Source: Gammaproteobacteria bacterium | GTDB lineage: Bacteria > Pseudomonadota > Gammaproteobacteria > Ga0077536 | Assembly (NCBI GenBank): GCA_963662545.2 | Contig: CAXXLL010000002.1 | Location: forward strand, 1,792,001 to 1,856,000 | Direction of reading: 5' to 3' | Length of the DNA stretch: 64,000 nt | Shown: piece by piece, positions 18,746 to 28,019 of the stretch | How the letters are laid out: each line of letters starts with the position of its first letter | Numbering within the stretch: position 1 is the stretch's first letter | Notes under the pieces: model-generated | What the model was told of the DNA's origin: nothing | The model's input: only the letters and a program-made list of their open reading frames with translations | Databases searched by the model: none | Program-made: the position numbers and the translations under genes

Positions 18746-19243
18746 CTAGAAAGGTACGACGGGACCGGCCCACGAATCATCGAGCGGCCGAGCGCGTAAA
18801 ATCGCGTCGCGTGCGTCTCCCCACCCTTCGCATCGGGTAAGGCCGCTACGGCCGCGATAACGGTTCAATATCCGCTTGCAGCGCGCATACAGCATAAAGA
18901 AGTTAAGGATCGCGCGGCGCTGGCGTGCGGTGATAGGGTCGCGGCTGCAGATGAGCTTGTCGTCGTAAATATCGCGGTCCATGAAACCGACCGAACCGTA
19001 CGCAGCAAGCCTCAAGGTCGCGCCGGGCGCAACCCGCGGCCCAAGAACCACAGCGTCGAGCAAGTCGCCGTCCAGGCCAATAGTGTCAGGAACGGATCCA
19101 TAGTTGAACGGGCAGGGTAGGGGGGACACGAAGTCAACCTGACCGCAGGAACCGCGCTTGAGAAAGCTGCCTCGCGGTATTTCGATGACGATTTCGACGA
19201 TCGGTGGTCGTCGCGTACGCGGTGGGTTTGCAGCTATGGTCAC
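18746..19243 (-). CDS. Family I inorganic pyrophosphatase-like protein (short, atypical)
   Basis: 'VIEIPRGS', 'PFNYG', 'DGDLLDAVVLG', 'DDKLI'. Start uncertain (GTG 19243 chosen). Confidence 0.7.
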   Translation of the reverse strand: MTIAANPPRTRRPPIVEIVIEIPRGSFLKRGSCGQVDFVSPLPCPFNYGSVPDTIGLDGDLLDAVVLGPRVAPGATLRLAAYGSVGFMDRDIYDDKLICSRDPITARQRRAILNFFMLYARCKRILNRYRGRSGLTRCEGWGDARDAILRARPLDDSWAGPVVPF

Positions 19244-19640
19244 GTCGGGGGTTAAGGATTCTCGACAGCTAGGTGGGATTCGATTTGCCGATTTCCAGGA
19301 TAACGCGTCCGCCTTTGGTTCGGTACCGGGCGCTGCTCGCAAACAGGCATTCTGCAGCACCGACAAGATGAAACCGGGCCCACATTGTAAATTTCTGCAA
19401 CATTGACGGCGAAGAACCTGTCGCAGCCAGAACCGTGTGGCATAAGGTCAGTATCGCGCCGATCCCATCTACGGGGCCGGGTGCTATTCGGATAGGTAAA
19501 TCGCGCACTATGCTGTACCTTACACCCCCCCCCGGCAGACGGCTTGCCCAGCCGTGCCGTAGAGGCCACGCAGGCATGACGGGTTCGTGCTCGTCGGCAG
19601 CAGAACACGGTGCCCACGCGAAGAAAAATCTATAACGATA

Positions 19641-20702
19641 ATGGAATTTGGGGACGCTAAAGTTGCGGAGTTCAGGGGTGAGGTGCTCAAGGTGCTCCTC
19701 GTGGTCGCCATGTGCGTCTCTCCGGTGCTCATGCCTGCCTATCATTGGATTGGCATCGATATTTTGACGCTTGCCTGCGGCGTCTATTTCGTCGGCATGT
19801 CCACCATCCACTTCCAACTTCGCGCCGGCCGCTGGCAACAGGACACCTGCGTGCGCTTGTGTCTGGGCGCTACGCTCGTCCTCATGCTGCTCGGTCTTTA
19901 TACGGGCAGCGAACTGGTCGACAACAAACCCTGGCAAATGTTGTTTCCGATCGTGGCATTCGTTCTTGCTGGTTCACGCGAAGGTGTGTTCTGGTGTGTC
20001 GCTGCGCTGGTCGGAGCCGTTACGATTCTCTTTCTGCGCGGGTCGGAGTACGCATCATTGTCAATTTTCATTTTCGCGATCGCGCACATGACGACCTCGT
20101 TTGTCGTTTACGTATTTATGATGCGGAACGAAGCGAACATACGTACGATCAGCCGCCTGTCGCATACCGATCCGCTGACGAATACTTACAATCGTCAATT
20201 GTTTAACGAGCTTTCGATCAGCGAGCTCAATCGCGCGCGAAGAGCGGAAGAACCGCTGGCTTTCTACATGATTGATATCGACCACTTCAAGAAATATAAC
20301 GACCGTTACGGACACCTTGCGGGTGACCGGGCGCTCCGCAACGTCGCCGACGTCATTAAGCGGTCGGCACGGCGTGCGAGCGACCTGGTGTTCCGCTATG
20401 GCGGGGAAGAATTCTGCGTCGTATCTTCTGGCACGAGCATCCAGGAAGCCCGGTTCATGGCCAATAACATCATCGAAGGTGTACGTGCCCTTGGGTTCAA
20501 GCATGAAGAAGGTGAAAATGGACAGCTAACCGTTTCCATCGGGCTGAGCTACCATCAGGGGCTCGATGGCTGCTCGACAGACTTACTATTGGAGCGAGCC
20601 GACGACGCGCTTTACACGGCTAAAGCCGACGGCCGCGATCGCCTGGTACTCTATTCACCCACACAGCACCAACAGCTCGACTTACTTGAAGCCATCACAT
20701 GA
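19641..20702 (+). CDS. Membrane-anchored diguanylate cyclase (GGDEF)
   Basis: N-terminal TM helices; 'DPLT', 'DIDHFKKYNDRYGH', RxxD I-site (RASD), 'RYGGEEF'. Confidence 0.92.
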   Translation: MEFGDAKVAEFRGEVLKVLLVVAMCVSPVLMPAYHWIGIDILTLACGVYFVGMSTIHFQLRAGRWQQDTCVRLCLGATLVLMLLGLYTGSELVDNKPWQMLFPIVAFVLAGSREGVFWCVAALVGAVTILFLRGSEYASLSIFIFAIAHMTTSFVVYVFMMRNEANIRTISRLSHTDPLTNTYNRQLFNELSISELNRARRAEEPLAFYMIDIDHFKKYNDRYGHLAGDRALRNVADVIKRSARRASDLVFRYGGEEFCVVSSGTSIQEARFMANNIIEGVRALGFKHEEGENGQLTVSIGLSYHQGLDGCSTDLLLERADDALYTAKADGRDRLVLYSPTQHQQLDLLEAIT

Positions 20703-21445
20703 CGGAACCGCCCGCCGATCACTTTTCGGCAGCAGCTCCTGATTACGCTCGATTCAGGCCCCGGTATCCCGCTTCGCTCTTCGACTACCTCGCTTCACTC
20801 GTCACGGATCGTGATCTTGCGTGGGATTGCGCGACGGGTACCGGACAGGCCGTCGCGCCGCTGGTGGCAAGATTCAGGCACGTTGTCGCCAGCGACGTCA
20901 GTTTTGCGCAGGTAACGCAGGCAAACAGGCCTCCCGGCGTCACCTTCTTCGTCGCACGCGCCGAACGCGTGCCGTTGCGTGATGACTGCGTCAGCCTCGT
21001 CACGGTCGGTCAGGCACTGCACTGGTTCGATCGAGCGGCATTTTTTGCCGAAGTGAGGCGCATTCTCCGCCCGGATGGGATCCTCTCCGCCTGGACCTAT
21101 AATCTGTGTACCGTGGACGGTGATGTCGATAGCGTCGTAAACGTTTTCTATCGAGATATCCTCCGGCCCTACTGGCCCCCCGAACGCAGCCTGGTGGAAG
21201 ATTCCTACGATGCCATCGCTTTTCCTTTTGCGTCTACTGCCGTAGTGACGATGCAGATGTCGGCCCACTGGACGGTCGAGGAGTTGTTGAGTTATCTCGG
21301 GACCTGGTCGGCCGTTAAGCGTTACCGCGATGCCCGGCATGAGGATCCCGTCGATTGCATCCGGGCGACGCTGCGAGAGGCTTGGGGTGCGATAGATCGC
21401 CGCAGCGTGTCGTGGCCGCTGTGCATTCGCACCGCGCGCCGCTGA
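20699..21445 (+). CDS. Class I SAM-dependent methyltransferase
   Basis: 'YARFRPRYP', 'WDCATGTGQ', 'QALHWF', 'RILRPDG'. Confidence 0.88.
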   Translation: MTEPPADHFSAAAPDYARFRPRYPASLFDYLASLVTDRDLAWDCATGTGQAVAPLVARFRHVVASDVSFAQVTQANRPPGVTFFVARAERVPLRDDCVSLVTVGQALHWFDRAAFFAEVRRILRPDGILSAWTYNLCTVDGDVDSVVNVFYRDILRPYWPPERSLVEDSYDAIAFPFASTAVVTMQMSAHWTVEELLSYLGTWSAVKRYRDARHEDPVDCIRATLREAWGAIDRRSVSWPLCIRTARR

Positions 21446-21460
21446 ATTCGAGGCGGGAAC

Positions 21461-22372
21461 ATGGCCCAGCTACCCACCGAACGCTGGCTTCACAGCCACG
21501 AATTTCATCTCGATTCCGAGCGCCAGGAACGCGCCACGGCAAAAGTCCTGCTGCTCACGGCGGTGGCGATGATCTTCGAGATCGTCGCCGGCATGGTATT
21601 CGGATCCATGGCCTTGCTTGCGGACGGCTGGCACATGGGAACGCATGCGACCGCCTTTGGCATGACCCTGTTTGCCTATCGATATGCCCGCGCACATGCA
21701 GGTGATCCGGCATATAGCTTCGGCACGGGCAAGGTCAGCGTCCTGGGCGGTTTCGCCAGCGCGATCGCGCTGGCTTTCGTCGCCTTGTTGATGGTCGGGG
21801 AGTCGGCTCACCGCTTGATCGAACCGCGTGCGATCCAATTCGACGCGGCTCTCGTCGTCGCCGTGCTCGGCCTGATTGTGAACCTGGTCTCGGCCAGCTT
21901 ATTGTACAGCCATCACCGAGATCACGGCGCCCGCGATCACAATATCCGCTCGGCCTATCTGCATGTCATTACGGATGCGCTGACGTCCCTTCTTGCGATC
22001 GTCGGGCTGGGGTTCGGCAAATATCTCGGATGGATCTGGATGGACCCGTTGATGGGCATCGTCGGTTCGATATTGATCGCGCGGTGGTCGTATCAGCTCA
22101 TCCGCGATTCGAGCCATATCCTGCTCGACGGCAGTGCCGACGATACGACCCGGGAACTCATACGCGCGGCGATCGAAGCCGATGCGGACAATGTCATGAC
22201 CGACTTGCATGTCTGGAAAATCGGGCCCGACGACTTTGCGGCCATCATTTCGCTCGGCACGCGAAACCCCCGGCCGGCGGACTACTACAAGCAACTCATC
22301 GGCCACGTCGAGGAGCTGTCGCATGTCTCTGTCGAGGTCAATGTGATCCAGTCGGATGACGATGAGGCGTGA
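21461..22372 (+). CDS. dmeF: CDF family Co/Ni efflux transporter DmeF
   Basis: 'SMALLADGWHMGTH', 'GTGKV', 'NIRSAYLHVITDALTS', 'DLHVW'. Confidence 0.85.
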   Translation: MAQLPTERWLHSHEFHLDSERQERATAKVLLLTAVAMIFEIVAGMVFGSMALLADGWHMGTHATAFGMTLFAYRYARAHAGDPAYSFGTGKVSVLGGFASAIALAFVALLMVGESAHRLIEPRAIQFDAALVVAVLGLIVNLVSASLLYSHHRDHGARDHNIRSAYLHVITDALTSLLAIVGLGFGKYLGWIWMDPLMGIVGSILIARWSYQLIRDSSHILLDGSADDTTRELIRAAIEADADNVMTDLHVWKIGPDDFAAIISLGTRNPRPADYYKQLIGHVEELSHVSVEVNVIQSDDDEA

Positions 22373-22407
22373 TCAAGCGTGTTCAATATAATTGAGGGGG
22401 CAGCCAG

Positions 22408-23235
22408 TTAGTCGATCCCGACCAGAAATTCTCGAACGCATCGATCGAATGCGTCGCGGGATTCGAGATTGCTCATATGACCCGTACCCTCCAGCACGAG
22501 CAGGCGTGCGTCAGGGATGGCGTCGGCCATTTTTTGTGAGACTGACGGTGGCGTCAGTTTGTCTTCGGCACCGACGATGATCTGTACCGGCACTCGAATT
22601 TCAGAAACGTCGGTGATCGGGGTATAAAGGGTCATTCCCTCAATGGTCTTGATGTAGGAGTCCTTATGCAGCATACACATGCTGTCAATCAGTTCCTGCA
22701 CCACTTCGGGACGTGCGTCGGGCGCCACTAAAGTGCGCGCAACTAGCGGCGCGATGTCAGACAACTCCTTACCTTCCATGAGCGGCTGCCGGCGTTCGCG
22801 CACGAAACGTTCGCGACCTTCCCGGGAAAAGGACGCGTCGAACCCGGGGAAGGTGTCGCATAAAATCAGGCTTTTGACTCGCGCGGGATAGCGGTCGTAG
22901 AAATCTAGCGCAATACGTCCGCCCATGGATAGCCCGCAGAGATGCGCGGTGTCCGCCTTTAGGTGATCGAGTAGGCGCCGAAGATCGTGGCTGAAGTCGG
23001 CGAAGGCTAGCGGCCCTTCATAGTCGTCGCTGTCACCGTAGCCGCGGGCATCCCAAGCGATCGCATGATAATCCTGTCCCAGCACCTTGAGCTGGCGCGC
23101 CCAGTTGGCGCGATTTCCTCCGATCCCGTGCAGAAACACGAGCAGGCTACCACAGCCTATGCTCGAATAGGCGAGGCGCGGCAAGCCGGGAACGAATTCG
23201 GCAATCGATTCGCGCCCGACGGGCGCCGATGTCAT
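22408..23235 (-). CDS. Alpha/beta fold hydrolase (enol-lactonase-like)
   Basis: 'FLHGIGG', 'DARGYG', GLSMGG elbow, 'GAED', 'GHMSN'; start overlaps cupin stop. Confidence 0.85.
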   Translation of the reverse strand: MTSAPVGRESIAEFVPGLPRLAYSSIGCGSLLVFLHGIGGNRANWARQLKVLGQDYHAIAWDARGYGDSDDYEGPLAFADFSHDLRRLLDHLKADTAHLCGLSMGGRIALDFYDRYPARVKSLILCDTFPGFDASFSREGRERFVRERRQPLMEGKELSDIAPLVARTLVAPDARPEVVQELIDSMCMLHKDSYIKTIEGMTLYTPITDVSEIRVPVQIIVGAEDKLTPPSVSQKMADAIPDARLLVLEGTGHMSNLESRDAFDRCVREFLVGID

Positions 23236-23618
23236 GCCGATTCGTGATTCCAGGGCAGTTCCATCACGTCCCCCGTCTCGGTCTCGACTTTGACCGGCGC
23301 CATTGCGAGCGTCGCCATGATGTAGAGATCGGTATCGCCCGTGTTGCAGATCTGGTGTAGGACATTGGGTGGAATGAGGACGGTATCGTCTTCGACGAAT
23401 TTGAATTCGTCGTCGCCGCAGCGGCACACCCCTTCACCCTTCAGCACCACAATGACTTCTTCGCAGGCGTGACGGTGGACCGGGGTCGCGGCGCCGGCGT
23501 CGATAGTCTGCCGCCAGATCTCGAAGTTGTTCAGCCCGTCGCGCTTGCCGGCCAGGGTCTGATGCTCGAGGCCGGGCAAATTGTGCTTCTGCGTCGCGGC
23601 ATTATGGTTTACGTTCAT
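23232..23618 (-). CDS. Cupin domain protein
   Basis: 'PVHRHACEEVIVVLKGEG' and 'IPPNVLHQI' metal-binding motifs. Confidence 0.88.
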   Translation of the reverse strand: MNVNHNAATQKHNLPGLEHQTLAGKRDGLNNFEIWRQTIDAGAATPVHRHACEEVIVVLKGEGVCRCGDDEFKFVEDDTVLIPPNVLHQICNTGDTDLYIMATLAMAPVKVETETGDVMELPWNHESA

Positions 23619-23918
23619 CGCTTACATCTCCATCGTTGACTGGCGGGGACAGGATTAGGAATCTCGAGGTGTTCAGGGAACTAAGGCCAGAGACAGTATA
23701 TGCATTCCGTCCCGGGGAGTGGCTGGCCGCGTCACCGTGACGTAAGACCGGATCGACGACGGCACCGATGCCGGGCAGGCGGCGCATCGTTACGATCGCA
23801 GGCAATCGTAACCGCCGTCGTCCGTGCCCCGCACGCAGACGCAATTGGGCGTGTGTTTCACGACTCTCACACTCTGGTCGTCGCCCGGTTCAAAATTTCG
23901 AGTCCGCTTCGGACGCGC

Positions 23919-24353
23919 TCACTGTCCGATGTAAAACTTGTTCACAATTCGCCAGTCGCCGTTCACTTTCGCGAGTTGAAACGAATCCGTGTAGATCCCG
24001 TTGAAATCGAACAACACGGTCGCGGCGATGTCACTGTAGATGTTGATCGCGAGAATTTCGCCCTTCATGGCGGGCTTGGGATCGCGTGCGGCCCACTCGT
24101 CGATCACTTCGCGCATGGGCCTGACACTCAAGTCGTAGGAACCGTCTTGCCCTTTCAGATAGCCCTTCATATGACCGGCATCGACCGCAAACGCCTTCTC
24201 CAAACGCTCCCGGTCGGCCAGACGGAGGCCGTCGAAGTAGTTGTAGATCGTTGTTTTAATGGCATCGAAATCACTCATATCATCACCGTAGGCGGGGGAT
24301 CCGCTCATTGCGAACGCCGCTAGCAGCATCGTGGCGGTACAAAGATTATGCAT
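23919..24353 (-). CDS. Exported NTF2-like (lumazine-binding-like) protein
   Basis: Signal peptide; 'YFDG...LEKAF', 'YTDSFQLAKVNGDWRIVNK'. Confidence 0.78.
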   Translation of the reverse strand: MHNLCTATMLLAAFAMSGSPAYGDDMSDFDAIKTTIYNYFDGLRLADRERLEKAFAVDAGHMKGYLKGQDGSYDLSVRPMREVIDEWAARDPKPAMKGEILAINIYSDIAATVLFDFNGIYTDSFQLAKVNGDWRIVNKFYIGQ

Positions 24354-24481
24354 GTTACGTTCTCAGATGAAGCTGAACATCGTTCTATTGCACTGCAGCA
24401 AAGGCGACGTTCCCGTATGGACTAGATGGGCCGAATCCAGGATGATATCGCGTTAACGAACCGGACGACGAGGAGATTTCG

Positions 24482-25576
24482 ATGGAAGTAGGCATGATTC
24501 AGGTCATTCAGAGCTGGGGCTTCGAGGGGATGAGCGATGCCCAGGTCTACGAGGAAGAACTAAAGCTCGCGATCAATGCGGAGGAGCTGGGCTTCGACCA
24601 CATATGGGTCGTCGAACATCACTTCACAGACTATTCGTTTTGTCCGGACAATTTCGTCTATCTCGCCTACCTCGCGGCGCAGACGGAGCGCATCGGGCTC
24701 GCGACCGGCGCCGTCATCGTGCCGTGGAACATCCAGCCATTGCGCGTCGCCGAGAAGGCTGCGCTGCTGGATCAACTCTCAGGCGGGCGCTTGATACTGG
24801 GTCTCGGACGGGGCTTGTCGCGCCGCGAGTTCGAGCAGTTCGGGATCGATATGGATGAATCACGCGATCGCTTCGACGAGGCGGCGCCGATGATCCTCGA
24901 TGCGCTCGAAACCGGCGTCATGGAGGAGCATGAAGGCAAGTTCTTCAAGCAGGCGCGTGCAGTAATTCGGCCCAAGGTGACCAAATCGTTTAAGGACCGC
25001 GTCACCCAGGTCGCCATGAGCCCGGAATCGGGACAGGAAGCAGCCAAGCTCGGGGCCCAGATGATGGCCTTCAACTACAAGCCGAAGGAAGTACAGAAGC
25101 AGGAATACGAGGATTACAAAAAGGCCTACATCGAACATCATGGGGTCGACCCCAGACCGATGCTGTTGACGGAAATAACCCTCTGCGACCACGACGCGAG
25201 CCGCGCTGAAGAAAACTCGAAATACATCGCGAATTACTGTCTGAGTGTGCTGCACCACTATGAGTTGATGGGCGAGCACTACAAGCAGGCCAAGGGGTAT
25301 TCCGCCTACGGCGATGCGGTCGACGCCATGCGTGCGATCGGCAAGGAAGGCATGATGCAGGCCTACGTGGATCAGCAGATCTGGGGTACGCCGGATCAGA
25401 TGCTGCGCCAGTTCGAGGAACGTCGTAAGGACATGGGGCCGACCGGGATGCTCGGCGCTTTTCGATTCGCCGGCATCCCGTTCGAGGTGGCCGAGCGGAG
25501 CCAGAAGCTCTTTGCCGAGGAGGTTTTGCCGGTTCTCAAGAGCTGGGACGACGACGCAGCGAGCGAAGCGGCATAG
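24482..25576 (+). CDS. Luciferase-like (LLM) flavin-dependent monooxygenase
   Basis: 'AEELGFDHIWVVEHHF', 'PLRVAEKAALLDQLSGGRLILGLGRG', 'WGTPD'; GAGGAG RBS. Confidence 0.9.
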   Translation: MEVGMIQVIQSWGFEGMSDAQVYEEELKLAINAEELGFDHIWVVEHHFTDYSFCPDNFVYLAYLAAQTERIGLATGAVIVPWNIQPLRVAEKAALLDQLSGGRLILGLGRGLSRREFEQFGIDMDESRDRFDEAAPMILDALETGVMEEHEGKFFKQARAVIRPKVTKSFKDRVTQVAMSPESGQEAAKLGAQMMAFNYKPKEVQKQEYEDYKKAYIEHHGVDPRPMLLTEITLCDHDASRAEENSKYIANYCLSVLHHYELMGEHYKQAKGYSAYGDAVDAMRAIGKEGMMQAYVDQQIWGTPDQMLRQFEERRKDMGPTGMLGAFRFAGIPFEVAERSQKLFAEEVLPVLKSWDDDAASEAA

Positions 25577-25596
25577 TACGTGGTGCTTAGAACACG

Positions 25597-25625
25597 AAAA
25601 AAGGGGCTCTTAGCCCCTTTTTTTT
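25597..25625. terminator. Bidirectional rho-independent terminator
   Basis: A6-GGGGCT-ctt-AGCCCC-T8 between convergent genes. Confidence 0.85.
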
Positions 25626-25630
25626 GTGGG

Positions 25631-27466
25631 TTAGCGGTCGATCGCGGCGTCGCGTCGGGAAAGGCCGTGGTGAAGGAGGAAGCGTTCCGCACCCTCGACG
25701 CCCATGTATTTGCGCAGCAGCGGCACTTCGGTGCGGGCCAGGTCGACCCACAACAAGCAATCGATCGCGTTGTTGAAATCCGGATCGACATTAAAGCCGA
25801 GAATGCGGCCGTTCAACTTGAGGTATTGACGCAAGATCACCGGGATCCCGACATCCACGTCTTCGACCGTACTCAAAAGGCTCGCAATGATGCGCAGGTC
25901 GCTGACGTTGAGATCGACGAGCTGCGCCTCGCCATGCTTCGAGCGAAAAGGCCGCCGCGGTTTAACCAGGCTCGCCCGCTTCGGCTCCATAGAGTTGCGC
26001 TGCAGGAAGCGGACGATGATCTGCTGAGAGACCGGGTGGTAGTCATTGCTGATGCTGACGGGGCCGAATAACACCCGGTAGCGCGGGTGCCGCGCGACAT
26101 AGGCCCCGATCCCCTTCCACAGGAGCATTAATGACGAATAATTACGCTGATGTTCGGGCCTGACGAAAGAGCGCCCGACCTCGAGCGCGGAATGCAGTTC
26201 TTCCTCCAGTTGACGTTCCAGCCGGAACAGCGAACGTACATAGAGTCCCTTGGCGCCGAATCGCGCGAGAATGCGATCCCCTTCACCAAGGCGGTAACCG
26301 CCAATGACGGCCTTCGACTCACTGTCCCATACAAACAGGTGGATATAGTAGCTGTCGAACAAGTCGAGATCCGCGCTCTTGCCGGTGCCTTCGCCCACCT
26401 GTCGAAAGGTCAGTTCACGCAGACGGCCGATCTCTTGCAGCAGCCAGGGGATTTGATCGGCGTCTGCGTACCAGACTTCGAGCTTGCCGTTGCGCACGAG
26501 GCAATGGTCGGGTGACAGTACTGCGACCTCGCGGCCGAGCAGACCCGCGTCTATCGGCGGGCCGATGGGAACGTCGAGGGTACCGGGCTCGGGGAATCGC
26601 TTGAGTCTCCACGGTTTCCTGTAAGCGTCGCGCGCCTTGATCAGGTAGGTACTCGTCTGCAGATAGGGTGCGATGGCGTCCCGGCTGCCCAGGAGCTTGA
26701 GCGTATCGGCTTCGATGATGCGGCCGCATTTGACCTTGATGACGGTCCCTCGATGGTTCAGCGATTCGCGCACCAGCAGCGCCGTGCGGAGGTGGGGATG
26801 CAAAAGTCCTGCGATTTGGAACAAGACGCTGTTACGGCCGCTGATGAAGGCTGGCACGACTGGGGCACCGCTCTTTTCGACCAGCCAGCCGATCCCCGAA
26901 TCCCACGGTGGATCGACAATGGTGCGCGCGCGGAGATCGACGCTCGATACTTCGCCGCCGGGGAAGATGAGCAACAAGCCACCATTTTTGAGCCATTTCA
27001 TGGCATCGCGGACCGCCCGGAAATTGATATGCGCCGCGGCGCGCCCGCCGAACGGATCGACACCAATGAACACGGATTCGAATTCCGCGAAACCTTGCAG
27101 CAGATGATTCGCCATCACTCGGACGTCGGTGCGTCGCCGCATGAGAATTTCAATCATGCCCCCGCCGTCCAGGGCCCCGTGCGGGTGATTGGCGACTACG
27201 ATGCACGGCCCATCAGCAGGGATATTCTCGAAAGAGTCCTTGTCGATGGTCATGTCGACGCCGATTGCGTCGAGTGTGCAACGAGCAAAGGTATGGGGAT
27301 CCAGATGGTACGGAATCTTGGCGTAGATCGAGTTCCAGCGGTCGAGCCCGAGGACGCTATCGATCAGTCGGGCCAGGAGTTTCCGAACTGGTCCCAGGCT
27401 TGCCGGCAAGTGCGGCGCTATGGTGAACTTGTGACGCTGAGTGGGTTGTCGACTCGATTCAGGCAT
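25631..27466 (-). CDS. Fused PlsC-type acyltransferase and GNAT N-acyltransferase (OlsF-like amino-lipid synthase)
   Basis: N-terminal 'ANHPHGALDG' (HX4D) and 'IFPGGEV'; C-terminal 'EIGRLRELTFR', 'DLFD', 'LEVGRSFV', 'LLWKGI', 'FNVDPDF'. Confidence 0.85.
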   Translation of the reverse strand: MPESSRQPTQRHKFTIAPHLPASLGPVRKLLARLIDSVLGLDRWNSIYAKIPYHLDPHTFARCTLDAIGVDMTIDKDSFENIPADGPCIVVANHPHGALDGGGMIEILMRRRTDVRVMANHLLQGFAEFESVFIGVDPFGGRAAAHINFRAVRDAMKWLKNGGLLLIFPGGEVSSVDLRARTIVDPPWDSGIGWLVEKSGAPVVPAFISGRNSVLFQIAGLLHPHLRTALLVRESLNHRGTVIKVKCGRIIEADTLKLLGSRDAIAPYLQTSTYLIKARDAYRKPWRLKRFPEPGTLDVPIGPPIDAGLLGREVAVLSPDHCLVRNGKLEVWYADADQIPWLLQEIGRLRELTFRQVGEGTGKSADLDLFDSYYIHLFVWDSESKAVIGGYRLGEGDRILARFGAKGLYVRSLFRLERQLEEELHSALEVGRSFVRPEHQRNYSSLMLLWKGIGAYVARHPRYRVLFGPVSISNDYHPVSQQIIVRFLQRNSMEPKRASLVKPRRPFRSKHGEAQLVDLNVSDLRIIASLLSTVEDVDVGIPVILRQYLKLNGRILGFNVDPDFNNAIDCLLWVDLARTEVPLLRKYMGVEGAERFLLHHGLSRRDAAIDR

Positions 27467-27546
27467 GCACGTCGATGGCGCTCCGGCGCCAGGAGCTGAT
27501 CATTGTGCTACCGCGAATGCGGGAATGCGCTCCATTTGTTAGAAGC

Positions 27547-27753
27547 TTTTGTTCAGCGCATCCTTGCGCTTCACCCCTACAGAACTGTCGCGAAAATTCG
27601 TTCCTGACGAATTTTTGTTCAACGCATCCTTGCGCTTCACCCCTACAGGGCTGTCGCGAAAATTCGTTCCTGACGAATTTTTGTTCAACGCATCCTTGCG
27701 CTTCACCCCTACGAGGCTGTCGCGAAAATTCGTTCCTGACGAATTTTTGTTCA
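27547..27753. repeat. Tandem repeat, 66-bp unit x3, hairpin-rich
   Basis: 'GCATCCTTGCGCTTCACCCCTAC' recurs at 27558, 27624 and 27690; each unit has the hairpin AAAATTCGT-tcctg-ACGAATTTT. Confidence 0.95.
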
Positions 27754-28019
27754 CGTCCTCGCCACTATGCTCCTCAATCCTTCACAAAAATATCCTAGCG
27801 CTCCTACATTCTCGCTTCGCGAACATGAGCTCCAACGCGCTGATCGTACCCCGATTGGCGCTGCGGGTTGTTACAATACGCCTGCCGCATCCGGATACAG
27901 GCGCGGCTGCGCATCAAATGCTTGCTGCCGCAGGCCATTCCTGTTTGCCCTTCTTGCGGTGGCGCTGCTGCCCATGATACCCAAACCGCGCCAGTCCGAT
28001 CGCTTGCGGGCGGTCGACA

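Noticed and set aside
19525-19533. C9 tract upstream of the diguanylate cyclase as a phase-variation site
   Set aside because: A single short tract in GC-rich DNA with no evidence of length variation or promoter spacer position.
19620-19690. c-di-GMP-I riboswitch-like 'GGGACGCTAAAG' near the diguanylate cyclase start
   Set aside because: Lies within the predicted CDS and lacks the upstream GGCAAA/GNRA hairpin; likely chance.
27547-27753. 66-bp repeat as a CRISPR array
   Set aside because: No unique spacers (only a few nt vary), unit too long, no cas genes in the window.
27475-27977. Repetitive ORFs across the 66-bp repeat
   Set aside because: Frames stay open because the unit is a multiple of 3; several frames on both strands are open and none has protein motifs.
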